DNA of 64,000 nt from assembly GCF_009914755.1 (NCBI RefSeq), contig NC_060934.1, one strand, 5' to 3'. A model generated the notes under the pieces. It made no database searches. It saw only the letters and a program-made list of their open reading frames with translations, and was not told where the DNA came from. The position numbers and the translations under genes were made by a program. Every line of letters begins with the position of its first letter. Position 1 is the stretch's first letter. This DNA is from the human T2T-CHM13v2.0 reference genome, Homo sapiens. Positions 1-19,560 of the stretch are shown in pieces.

Positions 1-879
1 GTAGAGCTTGCAAGACTGAATGTTGCTCTGGGTGCATCAGTGAGTGAGCAGTGAGTGAATGCAAAGGTCTAGGACATTATTGTACACTACAGTAGACTTT
101 ATAAAACACTGTATGTACACTTAGGCTACATGAAATTTATTTTTAAAAATCTTTCCTTAAAAATAACCTTAGCTTACTGTAACTTTTTAACTATAAACTT
201 TTATTTTTTTAATTTTTGGACTCTTATAATAACATTTAACTTAAAACACACATTGTACAGTTGTACAAAAATATTTTCTTTTTCTATATCCTTATTCAAT
301 AAGCTGCTTTCTATTTAATTTTTTTATTACCTTTAAAACATTTTTGTTAAAAACTGAGACACAAACATACACATTAGCCTAGACCTACACAGAATCAAGA
401 TCATCAGTATCATCACTGTCTTCCACCTCCACGTCTTGCCCCAGTGGAAAGTCTTCAGGGAAAGTAACACACGTGAAGCTTTCATCTCCTATGATAACGA
501 TGCCTTCTTCTGGAATACGTCCTGAGGGACCTGTCTGAGGCTGTTCTACAGTTAATGTTTTTTGTAAGTAGAAGTATGCATACTCAAATAAAAATAAAAA
601 TGTATAGCAAATATATAAAACAGTAACATAGCTTTTTATTATTATCATCAAGTGTTATGTACTGTACATAATTCTATGTGCTATACTTTTATATATCTGG
701 CAGCAGAGTAGGTTTGTTTACACCAGCATCATCACAGGTTTGTGAATAATTCATTACATTAAGATGTTACAATGGTTACAACATCACTACATGATAGAAA
801 TTTCCAGCTCCTTTACAATCTTACGGAATCACCATCTTATATGTAGTCTAAACATCATGTTTGTATGGTTACATGAGTG
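1..879 (-). mobile_element. Tigger3/Golem (Tigger3b-like) DNA transposon, running off the left edge
   Basis: Reverse complement resembles the recalled Tigger3 5' end (TAAGATTGTAAAGGAGCTGGAAATTTCTATC...GATGCTGGTGTAAACAAACCTACT); ends at a TA dinucleotide near 880. Confidence 0.8.
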
Positions 880-904
880 TAACCATACAAAAGTTAATTC
901 TAGT

Positions 905-2070
905 AAGATTAATAGGTGACATAGCATCAGAAACTATGGAGGCCAAGGCCAGGTGCAGTGGCTCATGCTTGTAATCCCAGCACTTTGGGAGGCCAAGGTG
1001 GGGGTGGATCACTTGAGGTCAGTGGTTCAAGACCAGTCTGGCCAACCTGGTGAAGCCCTGTCTCTACTAAAATACAAAAATTAGCTGGGCATGGTGGTGC
1101 GGGCCTGTAATCCCAGTTACTCATGAGGCTGAGGCAGGAGAATCGCTTGAACCCGGGAGGTGGAGTTTGCAGTGAGCCAAGATGACAGAGAAAGACTCCA
1201 TCTTGGGGGAAAAAAAACCCAAAAATTATGGAGGCCAGAAGGCAGTAGGATGGCATTTTCAAAGGGCTGCAAGAAAAAAATATCAACCAATAATTTTATG
1301 TTTGGCAAAATTATTTTTAAAAGTGAAACTCAAACAAAAAGAATCTGAAATAAATAAAAATTTACAGGATTAGTTGGTATCAGGCCGTGTTATTAAAAAA
1401 AACTTAAGAAAGTTCCTCAGGCTGAAAACAAGTTTCCTCACATCATAATTTTTTCAACAAAAGCATTAGTGAAATAATTCTATTACATAATATTATATAA
1501 ATGCATATTTTGTTCTTTTCTTCTCTTAATTGATTTAAAATGTAATTGTGTGGTACCATATATAGATATATAAATTTGATATGTAACTGTATTTTGGGGC
1601 CTATCACATAATAGATATGTAATAGGCATGCAATATATTTGACAATAGCAGCACAAAGGAAATGGCTGGGAGCAATAGTATGCTGGAGTAAGAAAATGAC
1701 AATAGATGGTAACTCAAATCCACAGGAAATAATAAAAAGAACCAGAAACTATAAACAAGAATGTTCATATAACAAACATTATAAATATGTACTTGTTCTT
1801 CTTTCTTTTCTCAGTTCTTTAAAAGGCATAAAGTTATATAGAGAAATAATTATAACAATGGTTTTAATATTTATAGGTGTAACAACAGTACAAATGTCAG
1901 GAAGAGGGAATAGAAAATATAGCAGTAATCCTTGTATAGTTTACTGGAAATTAATTAGAATAAATCTGAAGTAGATTCTAAAAATGACTGTGATGATGGT
2001 TTAACAACTGTGAATATATTAAAAATATTTGAATTAGATGCTTTACAAGGGCAAATTGTATGATATATTA
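905..2070 (+). mobile_element. Old L1M fragment (ORF1 3' end/inter-ORF), interrupted by an Alu
   Basis: catcagaaactatggaggccagaaggcagtaggatggcattttcaaagggctg...aaaatatcaaccaataatttt resembles L1M ORF1 sequence; boundaries approximate. Confidence 0.6.
947..1226 (+). mobile_element. AluS with a short deletion in the right arm
   Basis: ggccaggtgcagtggctcatgcttgtaatcccagc start, A-rich linker and tail; TSD tatggaggcca at 935-945 and 1227-1237. Confidence 0.92.
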
Positions 2071-3435
2071 CCCTTTTTTTTTAAAAAAAAAAAAGAAAGC
2101 TCAATAAAATCCATGTGTAACAGTTTCAAAAAGAGATGTAAAGTACTGGGAGGATGTTACGAAGAAGGAAAATTGTGAATCTTACTAAATTATATTTCTC
2201 TAGCACATAATTTTGTATTCTTAGTGCTTAAACCTATCTGTCCTCAAATACTCATTACTGATCTAAGAAACTTTTGCTTATCTAACGCAAATGAATTAGT
2301 ACTCCTTGCTTATACCAGTTAGGGAAATAACTAAAGAGGTTAAAATATGTCTGCTAATGTTCCCCAGGTTTTTGTTGTTGTTGTTGTTGCTGTAGGTCAT
2401 CATTTTCACGAAATATTTTAATCAAATTAATAACTTATTCTGTCAATCTGATGCATCTTTTCATTTTGGAGATAATGCCCTAAATTGTTCCTATTTCTAT
2501 ACAGATTGTAATGGTGGTACATATGGGATGTACCAATGGGTCATTTGCAGCTTTAAAATTTATTCATGGACTCAACCATTTCTCCAGAGCAAAACTTCTA
2601 CTCTATGATGTCTGGGTCACTGCAGTTTTCACACTACAGTCACATGCTCTGCTAAGACCCAATTTCACCCACAAAACTTGAGGCCCGGTAGATGGCAAAG
2701 CTTCATAAATCCAGATTATTTGATTTTTAATATGAATTCCCTTTATTAATTTTGATTTCATTTTTCTGTCATTGACCCTAGCAGTTGTTTCAAAAGCAAG
2801 CAAAAGTTCAAATCATATCAAAACTCAAAGGGAAAGGGATCCAAACTCAGTGCTGATAGGAATGCAAAATTACCCATTTCTTCCTCACCATCTACAAAGT
2901 CTACATTCTAAATGGACCTGAGAGGGCACGTTCTACCAGTCCACAATAATCACTGCTGTCACATAATTTGTAGTTACATAACATAAAAAGGGGCTAAAAT
3001 ATTCTTAGAAGAATCAGAGAATTTCTCCCTGATGGTTAACTTTCTGTGACTATAAAGACCATAGTTCACAAGTTGACTTGTGAATAAAATTATATTCCAC
3101 CTCACCAGGTATATCCATACCTGGTGTATGGATATGCTTGTATGAAGTATGAATGTGTTTAAAAATTATATTCTTATCATAAACTCTCTAGGATAATTTC
3201 AGTTTGGAAAAGAGGCAGCATTGTATGGAAGAAAGCACTGGTTAAGGAGTAACAAACATCTATTTCTGTATAAGTTTTATAGTTAACTGTATATCTGATT
3301 TTGTTCAAATCACTAAACTTCTCTAGGCTTATATGATTGCTAAGAATGCTTCCAATTCTAAGGCTTTGTAATTCTGCAGTCCAGGGCTTTTTTTTTTTTA
3401 CTAATTCATCTTCTTTAATGACTGATGCTAATTAA

Positions 3436-3693
<258 letters not shown>

Positions 3694-3905
3694 TGATGAC
3701 AACTGTAGCTGTAAGTTATTACATGCGAAAATATCTTCATGAATTTCCTCCTGTAATTTGTGGAACTCTAGTATTTGCTATCAATGGAACATTAGTTAGA
3801 TATGATTAGTTTTAGAACTCATTTACTGGTAAAGTAATCCATAAAAATGCAAGGCTGTTGTGACCTAAATATGTGCTTGATGCTATTATTTCAAATGCTA
3901 TACTT

Positions 3906-4580
3906 TAATTCAATGCTGAGTTCAGGTCCTGAATATCTCTGATAAAATTTTCTGTCTCAATTATCTGTCTAAAAGTCTCCCACTATTATTGTGTTGGAGC
4001 CTAAGTCTCTTTGAAGGTCTCTAAGAACTTGCTTTATGAATCTGTGTGCTCATGTGTTAGATGCTTATATTTAGGATAGTTAGATCTTCTGGTTGAATTG
4101 AACCTTTACCCTTATGTAATGCAGCACTATTCACAATAGCAAAGACATGAAATCAACCCAAATGCCCATCAGTAATAGACTAGATAAAGAAAAGTTGGTA
4201 CATATACACCATAGAATACAATGCAGACATAAAAAAGAAACAAGATCATGTCCTTTGCAGGGACATGGATGGAGCTGGAGGCTATTATCCTTAGCAAACT
4301 AACACAGGAATAGTAAACCAAATACTGCATGTCCTCACCTATAAATGGGAGCTAAATGATGAGAGCATATGGACACATGGAGGGGAACAACGAACACTGG
4401 GGCCTTTTGCAGAGTGGAGGATGAAAGAGGGAGAGGATCAGGAAAAATAACTAATGGGTACTAGGCTTAATACTTGGGTGATGAAATAATCTGTACAACA
4501 AACCCCCATGACACAAGTTTACCTATGTAACAAACTTACACTTGTACCCCGAACTTAAAATAAAAGTTGAAAAAAATGAA
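3906..4580 (+). mobile_element. Older L1PA (PA13-16-like) 3' end with an inverted 5' segment
   Basis: 3906-4120 is antisense ORF2 endonuclease sequence; 4121-4580 is sense 3' end with A-rich tail; TSD caaatgctatactt / caaatgcagtactt. Confidence 0.85.
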
Positions 4581-5153
4581 AACAAATGCAGTACTTATCA
4601 TTTTATATTTCTGGCTTAGAGAGGAAAGTTGCCTTAAATTTGTAAAAGCATACAGACTAACTTGTGAATGTGATAAGAAGAGGAGTATAACAGTCATTTT
4701 ATTGGCTACCCATTCTCTCTATTTGATAAAAATGTCAGGTAAATTTACAATATCTCAGCTACAGTAAAGTTATTCAGTTGTGTTCCACAATTCAGTGATT
4801 ACACAACTAAATTTAGTTCTGGAATAACAGTGTTAGGCATCTTTTTCCTTGATCTTTGGTGAGATACTGAAAGAGGCAGGGAGCTTAACAGAGAAATACG
4901 GGAAAGAGGCCATTAAAGAGAGCCCCCTGAAACCACTGTCATTCAAAAGTGGCAGTGTGCATACCAAAAGCAGTGCTCCCAGAGGAACAATATTAGAATC
5001 TTCTTGTTGTGGAGAAAGATAATGTAGTAAAATAGTCAAAAGAAATCACTAAAAAGCAAACAGCAAGTTTTAAAATATGATGAGTAAATCAATATCTAGA
5101 TTTTTCTACAATATCATCCAAAATATCCAAAATATCCAGTTTTTATTCTAAAA

Positions 5154-5515
5154 TTCTAGTTCTAGATCCTTGAGGAATCACCACACTGACTTCCACAATG
5201 GTTGAACTAGTTTACGGTCCCACCAGCAGTGTAAAAGTGTTCCTATTTCTCCACATCCTCTCCAGCACCTGTTGTTTCCTGACTTTTCAATGATTACCAT
5301 TCTAACTGGTGTGAGATGGTATCTCATTGTGGTTTTGATTTGCATTTCTCTAATGGCCAGTGATGATGAGCATTTTTTCATGTGTCTTTTGGCTGCATAA
5401 ATGTCTTCTTTTGAGAAGTGTCTGTTCATATCCTTCATCCACTTTTTGATGGGGTTGTTTTTTTCTTGTAAATTTGTTTGAGTTCATTGTATGTTGGTTG
5501 TCTGTTTACTCTGTT
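5154..5515 (-). mobile_element. Internal L1PA ORF2 fragment without poly-A or TSD
   Basis: ORF 5178-5438 gives L1 ORF2 C-terminal peptide [20 protein letters not shown]...HCWW. Confidence 0.9.
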
Positions 5516-5560
5516 AGACTTGGCAAAGACTACAAAGCAGTTATTATAAATAGGTTCAGA

Positions 5561-6828
5561 TATTTAACAAATGGTGCTGGGAAAACTGGCTAGCCATATG
5601 TAGAAAGCTGAAACTGGATCCCTTCCTTACACCTTATACAAAAATTAATTCAAGATGGATTAAAGACTTACATGGTAGACCTAAAACCATAAAAACCCTA
5701 GAAGAAAACCTAGGCAATACCATTCAGGACATAGGCATGGGTAAGGACTTCATGTCTAAAACACCAAAAGCAATGGCAACAAAAGCCAAAATTGACAAAC
5801 GGGATCTAATTAAACTAAAGAGCTTCTGCACAGCAAAAGAAACTACTATCAGAGTGAACAGGCAACCTACAGAATGGAAGAAAATTTTTGCAATCTACTC
5901 ATCTGACGAAGGGCTAATGTCCAGAATCTACAAAGAACGCAAGCAAATTTACAAGAAAAAAACAAACAGCCCCATCGAAAAGTGGGCGAAGGATGTGAAC
6001 AGACACTTCTCAAAAGAAGACATTTATGCAGCCAAAAGACACATGAAAAAATGCTCATCATCACTGGCCATCAGAGAAATGCAAATCAAAACCACAATGA
6101 GATACCATCTCACACCAGTTAGAATGGCGATCATTAAAAAGTCAGGAAACAACAGGTACTGGAGAGGATGTGGAGAAATAGGAACACTTTTACACTGCTG
6201 GTGGGACCGTAAACTAGTTCAACCATTGTGGAAGACAGTGTGGTGATTCCTCAGGGATCTAGAACTAGAAATACCATTTGACCCAGCCATCCCATTACTG
6301 GGTATATACCCAAAGGATTATAAAACAAGCTGCTATAAAGACACATGCACACGTATGTTTATTGCGGCACTATTCACAATAGCAAAGACTTGGAACCATC
6401 CCAAATGTCCAACAATGATAGACTGGATTAAGAAAATGTGGCACATATACACCATGGAATACCATGCAGCCATAAAAAATGATGAGCTAATGTCCTTTGT
6501 AGGGACATGGATGAAGCTGGAAACCATCATTCTCAGCAAACTATCACAAGGACAAAGTACCAAACACCGCATGTTCTCACTCATAGGTGGGAATTGAACA
6601 ATGAGAACACATGGACACAGGAAGGGGAACATCACACACCGGGGCTTGTTGTGGGGTCGGGGGAGGGGGGAGGGATAGCATTAGGACATATACCTAATGT
6701 AAATGATGAGTTAATGGGTGCAGCACACCAACATGGCGCATGTATACATATGTAACAAACTTGCACGTTGTGCACATGTACCTTAGAACTTAAAATATAA
6801 TACAAATATGCATATAAAAATAATAAAA
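5561..6828 (+). mobile_element. 5'-truncated L1PA3/4-like element
   Basis: ORF2 C-terminal peptides, canonical 3' UTR, A-rich tail; perfect 15-bp TSD ataaataggttcaga at 5546-5560 and 6829-6843. Confidence 0.95.
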
Positions 6829-6894
6829 ATAAATAGGTTCAGAGAATTCAAGGAAACCATAATTAAAGCATAAAGGGGGTATAGTGACAATGTC

Positions 6895-7041
6895 TGTATT
6901 CACTGCCCAGATTGCCAGAACAAAATACTGCACTGGGTGCCTTAAACATCAGAAATTTATTTTCTCACAGTTCTGAACACTAAAACTTCAAAATCAAAGT
7001 GCTGCCAAGGTTGATTTCTGGTGATGCCTCTCTTCCTGGCT
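6895..7041 (-). mobile_element. MaLR LTR fragment (MLT1A/MST-like)
   Basis: aaacatcagaaatttattttctcacagttctg...aaaatcaaagtgctgccaaggttgatttctggtgatgcctctcttcctggct is a typical MaLR LTR motif. Confidence 0.7.
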
Positions 7042-11855
<4,814 letters not shown>

Positions 11856-13671
11856 TAACACTGGACGGTAACTCAAATCCACCGGAACAAATGCAAAAAA
11901 ATATATAAATAAGAAGGTTAGTATAGTAAACACTAAAAATATGTACTTGCTCTTCTTTCTTAGCTTAATTAAAAGGCACAGTATTATATAAATAATTAAT
12001 CATAACAACAATTATAACAATGTCTTTTATATATAGTAGTAATACACATAATAGTAGTGCAAAAATGTTGAAGAAGGAATAATGCTATATGGGAGTAATA
12101 TTTCTGTACTTCACTGGAATTTGATTAGTATAAACTCAAGTAGAATCTAAAATTGACTGTGGTCAGAGCTACACAAATATGTGAACATCTTAAAAAACAT
12201 TGAATCGAACACTTTACATAGGCATATAGCATGGTATGTTATTTATTTTGTAAAAATACCTCAGTGAATTCCAGGCAGGATCATATTTAAAAAGAATTAA
12301 AGCAATGAGAGGATACTGTGAGGGAGGAAACATGAATGTTACTAGATTGTAAATTACTTTAGCACATAGATTCTCTTCCTAAATGCTTAACCTTATCTCC
12401 CCTAAAATGCTCTTCTTGTTGCCTCTCTGCTTATCTAAGAATCTTTGCATACTCACTTGAAATGAACCATTCCTTCTTATGTGTGCTAGTTGGAGTAATA
12501 ATCGGAGAGGCTATATGACTGCTCATATTCCCTATTTTTATGTTTCTGTAGATGTGCTTATGTTCACAAAATATAGCTGTGTACTTATGGAAAATATATT
12601 CTTATGTGTCTCGGTTCATTTTGGTAATGATGCCTCAGCTGGTCCATACTTTGGTTTAGATTTCACTGGTGGTATATTTGGGCTTCAAATGTTACACTGT
12701 AATACTTAACATTTATTCAAGAGCTCAGACATTTCTTCAGAGCAAAACTTCCATTCTATGGTATCTGGGTCATTATAGGTTTCCAACTTTAGTTATATAG
12801 TCTGCTATAAACAACTTTCTCTCACAAAATATTAGGTTCACCAGTTGACCCAAGTCACCCATTCTAATTGTCCCTGTTCAATATGAACTCTCCTTTCATA
12901 ACTTTCATGTATTTTTCCTGTTATATGACCTAGTCAGTAATTTTCAAATCTAGCAAAAAATTCAAATCACATAAAAACTCCAGTGGAAAGGAATGCAATC
13001 TCAATGCTTATGCTACTACAAGTTTACTTACTTCGTCCTCCCCAAGTACAAAGTCTACAAACTCAAGAAGATATGAAAGTCACATTTTCATATTCCACAA
13101 AATATCTAATTATTTTTCTACATTATTGATACATACTTGATTTATAGTTACAAATCTTAGAAATGACATGAAGTCTTTATGAACAAATCAAAGTACTTTG
13201 CCCCACATAACTCTCTGTGACTGTGGAGACCATGGTTTGCAAATTGACCTATTTTTAAAAATGTTATGTTTTATCTCACCAGGTACATCCCACAGTAGAT
13301 AGTGCTCTTGGTGTAAATTTAAGGTTATATTATCATCATAAACTTTCTAGGATAATTTTAATTTGCATAAGAGATGCATTATATGGTAAAGTCAGTGGTT
13401 AAGGAATTATAAAGTGTCAGTTTGTACATCAATTTTGTCATTATCTTGATGTGGTCTTGTTCAAATCATGAAGCATCTCTGAACTTCAATATAATAGGCT
13501 TATATGAGTTCTAATAGCCCTTCAAATTCTGGTTTGTGATGCTTACTGCAATAAGACATGTTGTGACTCTTCTACTATAATAATAAAAACTCACATGTGC
13601 ACTACACATGCACACACACACATAAAATGTTTACCTTATAAAATATATTGAAATCTGCTTTATTTCTATAG

Positions 13672-13755
13672 AGACTAATAAGGAACTCTTAGCAGATGCT
13701 ATTGGAAGAGGTATAATAAAGGGGTCAATTAAAACACAATTTAAATGTCACCAAG
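13672..13755 (+). CDS. CCDC7: Candidate CCDC7 repeat exon, 84 nt ([28 protein letters not shown]); usage uncertain
   Basis: tttctatag acceptor and open frame, but weaker donor AAG|gtaaaa. Confidence 0.5.
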
Positions 13756-13855
13756 GTAAAAAAAATTTTTTTCAAGACTAATATTTATGGTTTATTCATA
13801 TTCCCGGAGTTAAATTAAGTATGAACCTTTAATGACAATAGTACCAATATGTTAG

Positions 13856-14095
<240 letters not shown>

Positions 14096-14155
14096 TGATA
14101 TTCCCTGAGTTAAATTAAGTATAGACCTTTAATAACAAAACTACCTATATTATAG

Positions 14156-14377
<222 letters not shown>

Positions 14378-14493
14378 TAATATTTATGGTTTATTTATAT
14401 TCCTGGAGTTAAATTAAGTGTGGACATTTAATGGCAATAGTACCTATATGTTGGTATTACACAGGTAAAATTCTTCATGAATACCCTTCCATA

Positions 14494-14743
<250 letters not shown>

Positions 14744-14806
14744 TGAGTTAAATTGAAGTATAGACCTTTAATGACAACAGTACCTGTATCATAGTACTTT
14801 CCATAG

Positions 14807-14871
14807 CAAAAGATGCTATTGGAAGACATATAATAAAGGGACTATCAATGCACAATTAAAGAGTCACCAGG
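14807..14871 (+). pseudogene. 5'-truncated, frameshifted pseudo-exon copy of the repeat exon (65 nt)
   Basis: Near-identical to the 3' part of exon 15110-15193 but with a 1-nt deletion (gggactatc vs gggaccaatc) leading to TAA. Confidence 0.8.
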
Positions 14872-15090
14872 GTAAGAAAAAGAATTTTTGAGTCTAATAT
14901 TTGTGACCTATTTATGTTCCCTGAGTTAAGTATAGACCTTTAATGACAACAGTGTCTACATGTTATTATTACATAGGTACCTATATCATAGTGTTACATT
15001 GGTGAAATTCTTCATGAATATCCTTCTATAATTAGTTAAACACACACGTATACACATGTATGGTAATGTTTACCTTATAAAGTATTTTGA

Positions 15091-15210
<120 letters not shown>

Positions 15211-16260
15211 TGAGTCTAATATTTGTGACCTATTTATGTTCCCTGAGTTAAATTAAGTATAGACATTTAATGACAATAGTGCCTACATGTTAGTGTTACA
15301 TAGGTAAAATTCATCATGAATATCCTTTAATTAAGCTCTAGCATTTACTATCAGTGGAACATTAGCATATTATTGGTTTTAAAACTCATCCATTTGAAAA
15401 GTAATGCATAAAAATTCAGTGTTACAGTTACCTTAGAGTAGTCTCAATGTAGGCATTTCCAAAGCTATTCTACTTACTTTTGTTTCTGAAAAGTGATATT
15501 TAATTAGCAAAAGCAGAAAGGCAAAAGCACAAAGGCTAGCTGAAGACTGCGATGACAAGAGGAGTATAACACATAATTATTTCACTGGTTATCCATTCCT
15601 TCTATTTGATAAAAATGTCAGGCAAATTTATAAAATCTCACCTGCAATACAGTACTTTATTTGTGTTACATAATTCAGAGATTACATTACTGGCTTTCAT
15701 CTTGGTGTAAGGGTGTTATGTAGTTATACAATTTTCTTTATCTCTGGTGTGATACAAAAAGAGGCAGACAGCTTAACAGAGAAATAAGGTAAAGAGACAC
15801 ATTCGAAGCCGGCCCTCTAAAACCAATGTTATCCAAGGTACTGGATGCATGTTCAAGGCTCTGCCCCTTGGAGAGCAGCAGTAGCACTTCACACTACAGG
15901 CAAGAGACTTTAGTACAATAGCCCAGTCACATCGCTATGCAAATAAATAAGGAGAGAACAATGACAAGCCCCAGATAGAGGAGGAGGAAATCAGTACCTG
16001 GAGATGCTACAATATATTACGGAAACTGTCAAAACTTGAGCAAAAATTATTAACATGCAAAGAAACAGTGAAGTGTGACCTACACCAAGGAAAAGGGCAT
16101 GCCACAATAACTGTTTGTGAGAGTTCCAGGTGTTGGACCTAGCCAACGAAACCTCAAAGCACTTATTATAAGTGTGTTCTTAGAGTTAAAGGAAATTATT
16201 CTTAAGGAAGAAAAGGAAGGTAACAGAGATATCAGCAAATAATATAGAAATTTCAAAAGA

Positions 16261-16476
16261 CAACACAGCAAAACCCTATCTCTACAAAAAATACAAAAAT
16301 TAGCCAGGCATGGTGGTGCACACCTGTAGTCCCAGCTACTTGGAGAGGCCAAGGCGGGGGACCACTTGAGCCCAGGAGGTTGAAACTGCAGTCAGCCATG
16401 TTCACACCTCTGCACTCCAGCCTGAGTGACAGAACAAGATCCTGTCTCTAAAAAAAAAAAGGAAAAGAAAAGAAAA
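16261..16476 (+). mobile_element. 5'-truncated AluJ
   Basis: Linker plus right monomer (cttgagcccaggaggttg); perfect TSD agaaatttcaaaaga at 16246-16260 and 16477-16491. Confidence 0.9.
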
Positions 16477-16566
16477 AGAAATTTCAAAAGAAAAAAGAAC
16501 TAAAATACATGTGTAACATAAATGGTTACCTTAAAAAGTGTTTTGAAATGTGTTTTATGTCTATAG

Positions 16567-16648
16567 AGACTGATGTAGAACCCTTGACAAATGCCATTGG
16601 TTCAAGTAAAACAATTGGTGAGATAGACACAACTAAGGACTCACTATG
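16567..16648 (+). CDS. CCDC7: CCDC7 repeat exon, 82 nt here (2-nt deletion, frameshift): ETDVEPLTNAIGSSKTIGEI / TQLRTHY
   Basis: tctatag acceptor, ATG|gtaaga donor; repeat consensus TQLKSH appears as TQLRTHY only in the shifted frame. Confidence 0.8.
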
Positions 16649-17314
16649 GTAAGAATAATAATTTTAAGTCTAATATTTACAGTTTATCTTCTCTGGGGTT
16701 TAAGTATGAATCTTTAATGATAACAGTACCTATATGTTAATATTTCATGGGCAAATGTCTTCATGAATTTTCTCATATAATTAGTTAAACTCTCGTATTA
16801 TCAATGGGAAATTAGCTAGAAAGTTTTAAAACCTCTAGACAATGATTTTAAAAAATATGAGGTTTATAATTCTCTGTTTAAATAAATGTTTTCTACAATA
16901 ATCCATGTTACTTTTATAGCAATAGAATTTATGAAAAATAAATCTAATAAACATTGGTTCAATTGGGGCAGGGGGGATCCAGTAGCTTATACATAGACTT
17001 CTGACCTCCAAAACTATCTTTCTAAGTGTATCCTTTTAAATGTAGACTATGGATCAATTATAGAAATGAACATTTGGTCAAAGTAAAATAAAGCTGGGAT
17101 AAAGGTTGAAATTAAGGAAGATACTGTCACAGAATGCAGAACAAAGACAAGAAAGAGAAAATGATGAGAGACTACACAGAAATTTAAGTAATAAACAAGT
17201 GGCCATTTAATAAAATGTGGGAAGAAAAATTACCAAGGCAGAAATAAAGACAAATACGTGGAGATGGGATTAGTGTGTGAATAGTCAAGAGTATTCATGC
17301 ACTTTTTCTTTTAA

Positions 17315-17467
<153 letters not shown>

Positions 17468-17994
17468 TAGATATGAATTCAGTATCTAATTACCTAGAAT
17501 AGTTTTAAAGTATGCTTTTTCATTTACTCTTTTTGCATCTTACTTTTTTTTCAGAAATATCTTAGGAAAATTCTTACAAGCGTAAAAATAAAATGGTTTT
17601 AATTCATCCTTTTTATTGGCAGCATGATACTTCATAGTAAGAACACTTTATTCAATCATTCTACTAAAGAGCATTGACTTTTTAGGCTTGAGATTTCTTA
17701 TTAAATTATACATGGATTTTTATCATTAAATGATATTTCCAGATTGCTTTCCTAAAGAGCTATTAAAATTAACATTTTCATCAGCAATCTTTAGGGAAAA
17801 TTCTCTTCTGTGTGTAAGTATCTGCAATATGGATTGCTGGGTTTTGTTTTTTTTTTTTCATTTATACCCATCCGAAAGTTACTAAATTATATCTCACTCT
17901 TATTTTAATTTTTATTTTCATATTTGTTAGTGTTTTACTACTCCATATCTACCCTAAAACTTAAAAAAGCATAAAACAGTAACCACTTAGGTAA

Positions 17995-19290
<1,296 letters not shown>

Positions 19291-19505
19291 TCCACCACAG
19301 TGTTCCTGCTGATTGAGAATATTCATGGCCCTCCCACATGCAAAATAGAATCAGCTCTTCCCAGGACCCCACAAATTCTTATCCAATTTTGGCATCAGTG
19401 CCAAAGACCACGATATTGTGATATATAATCATTTTCAGAGGCAGCTTCTATGATATGACTTCTTTTGATTCAGAGATTTTTTTTGAAATGTCACTTGTCT
19501 CTGAC

Positions 19506-19506
<1 letters not shown>

Positions 19507-19557
<51 letters not shown>
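19507..19557. repeat. (AC)n microsatellite, about 25 units
   Basis: Perfect AC run. Confidence 0.98.
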
Positions 19558-19560
<3 letters not shown>

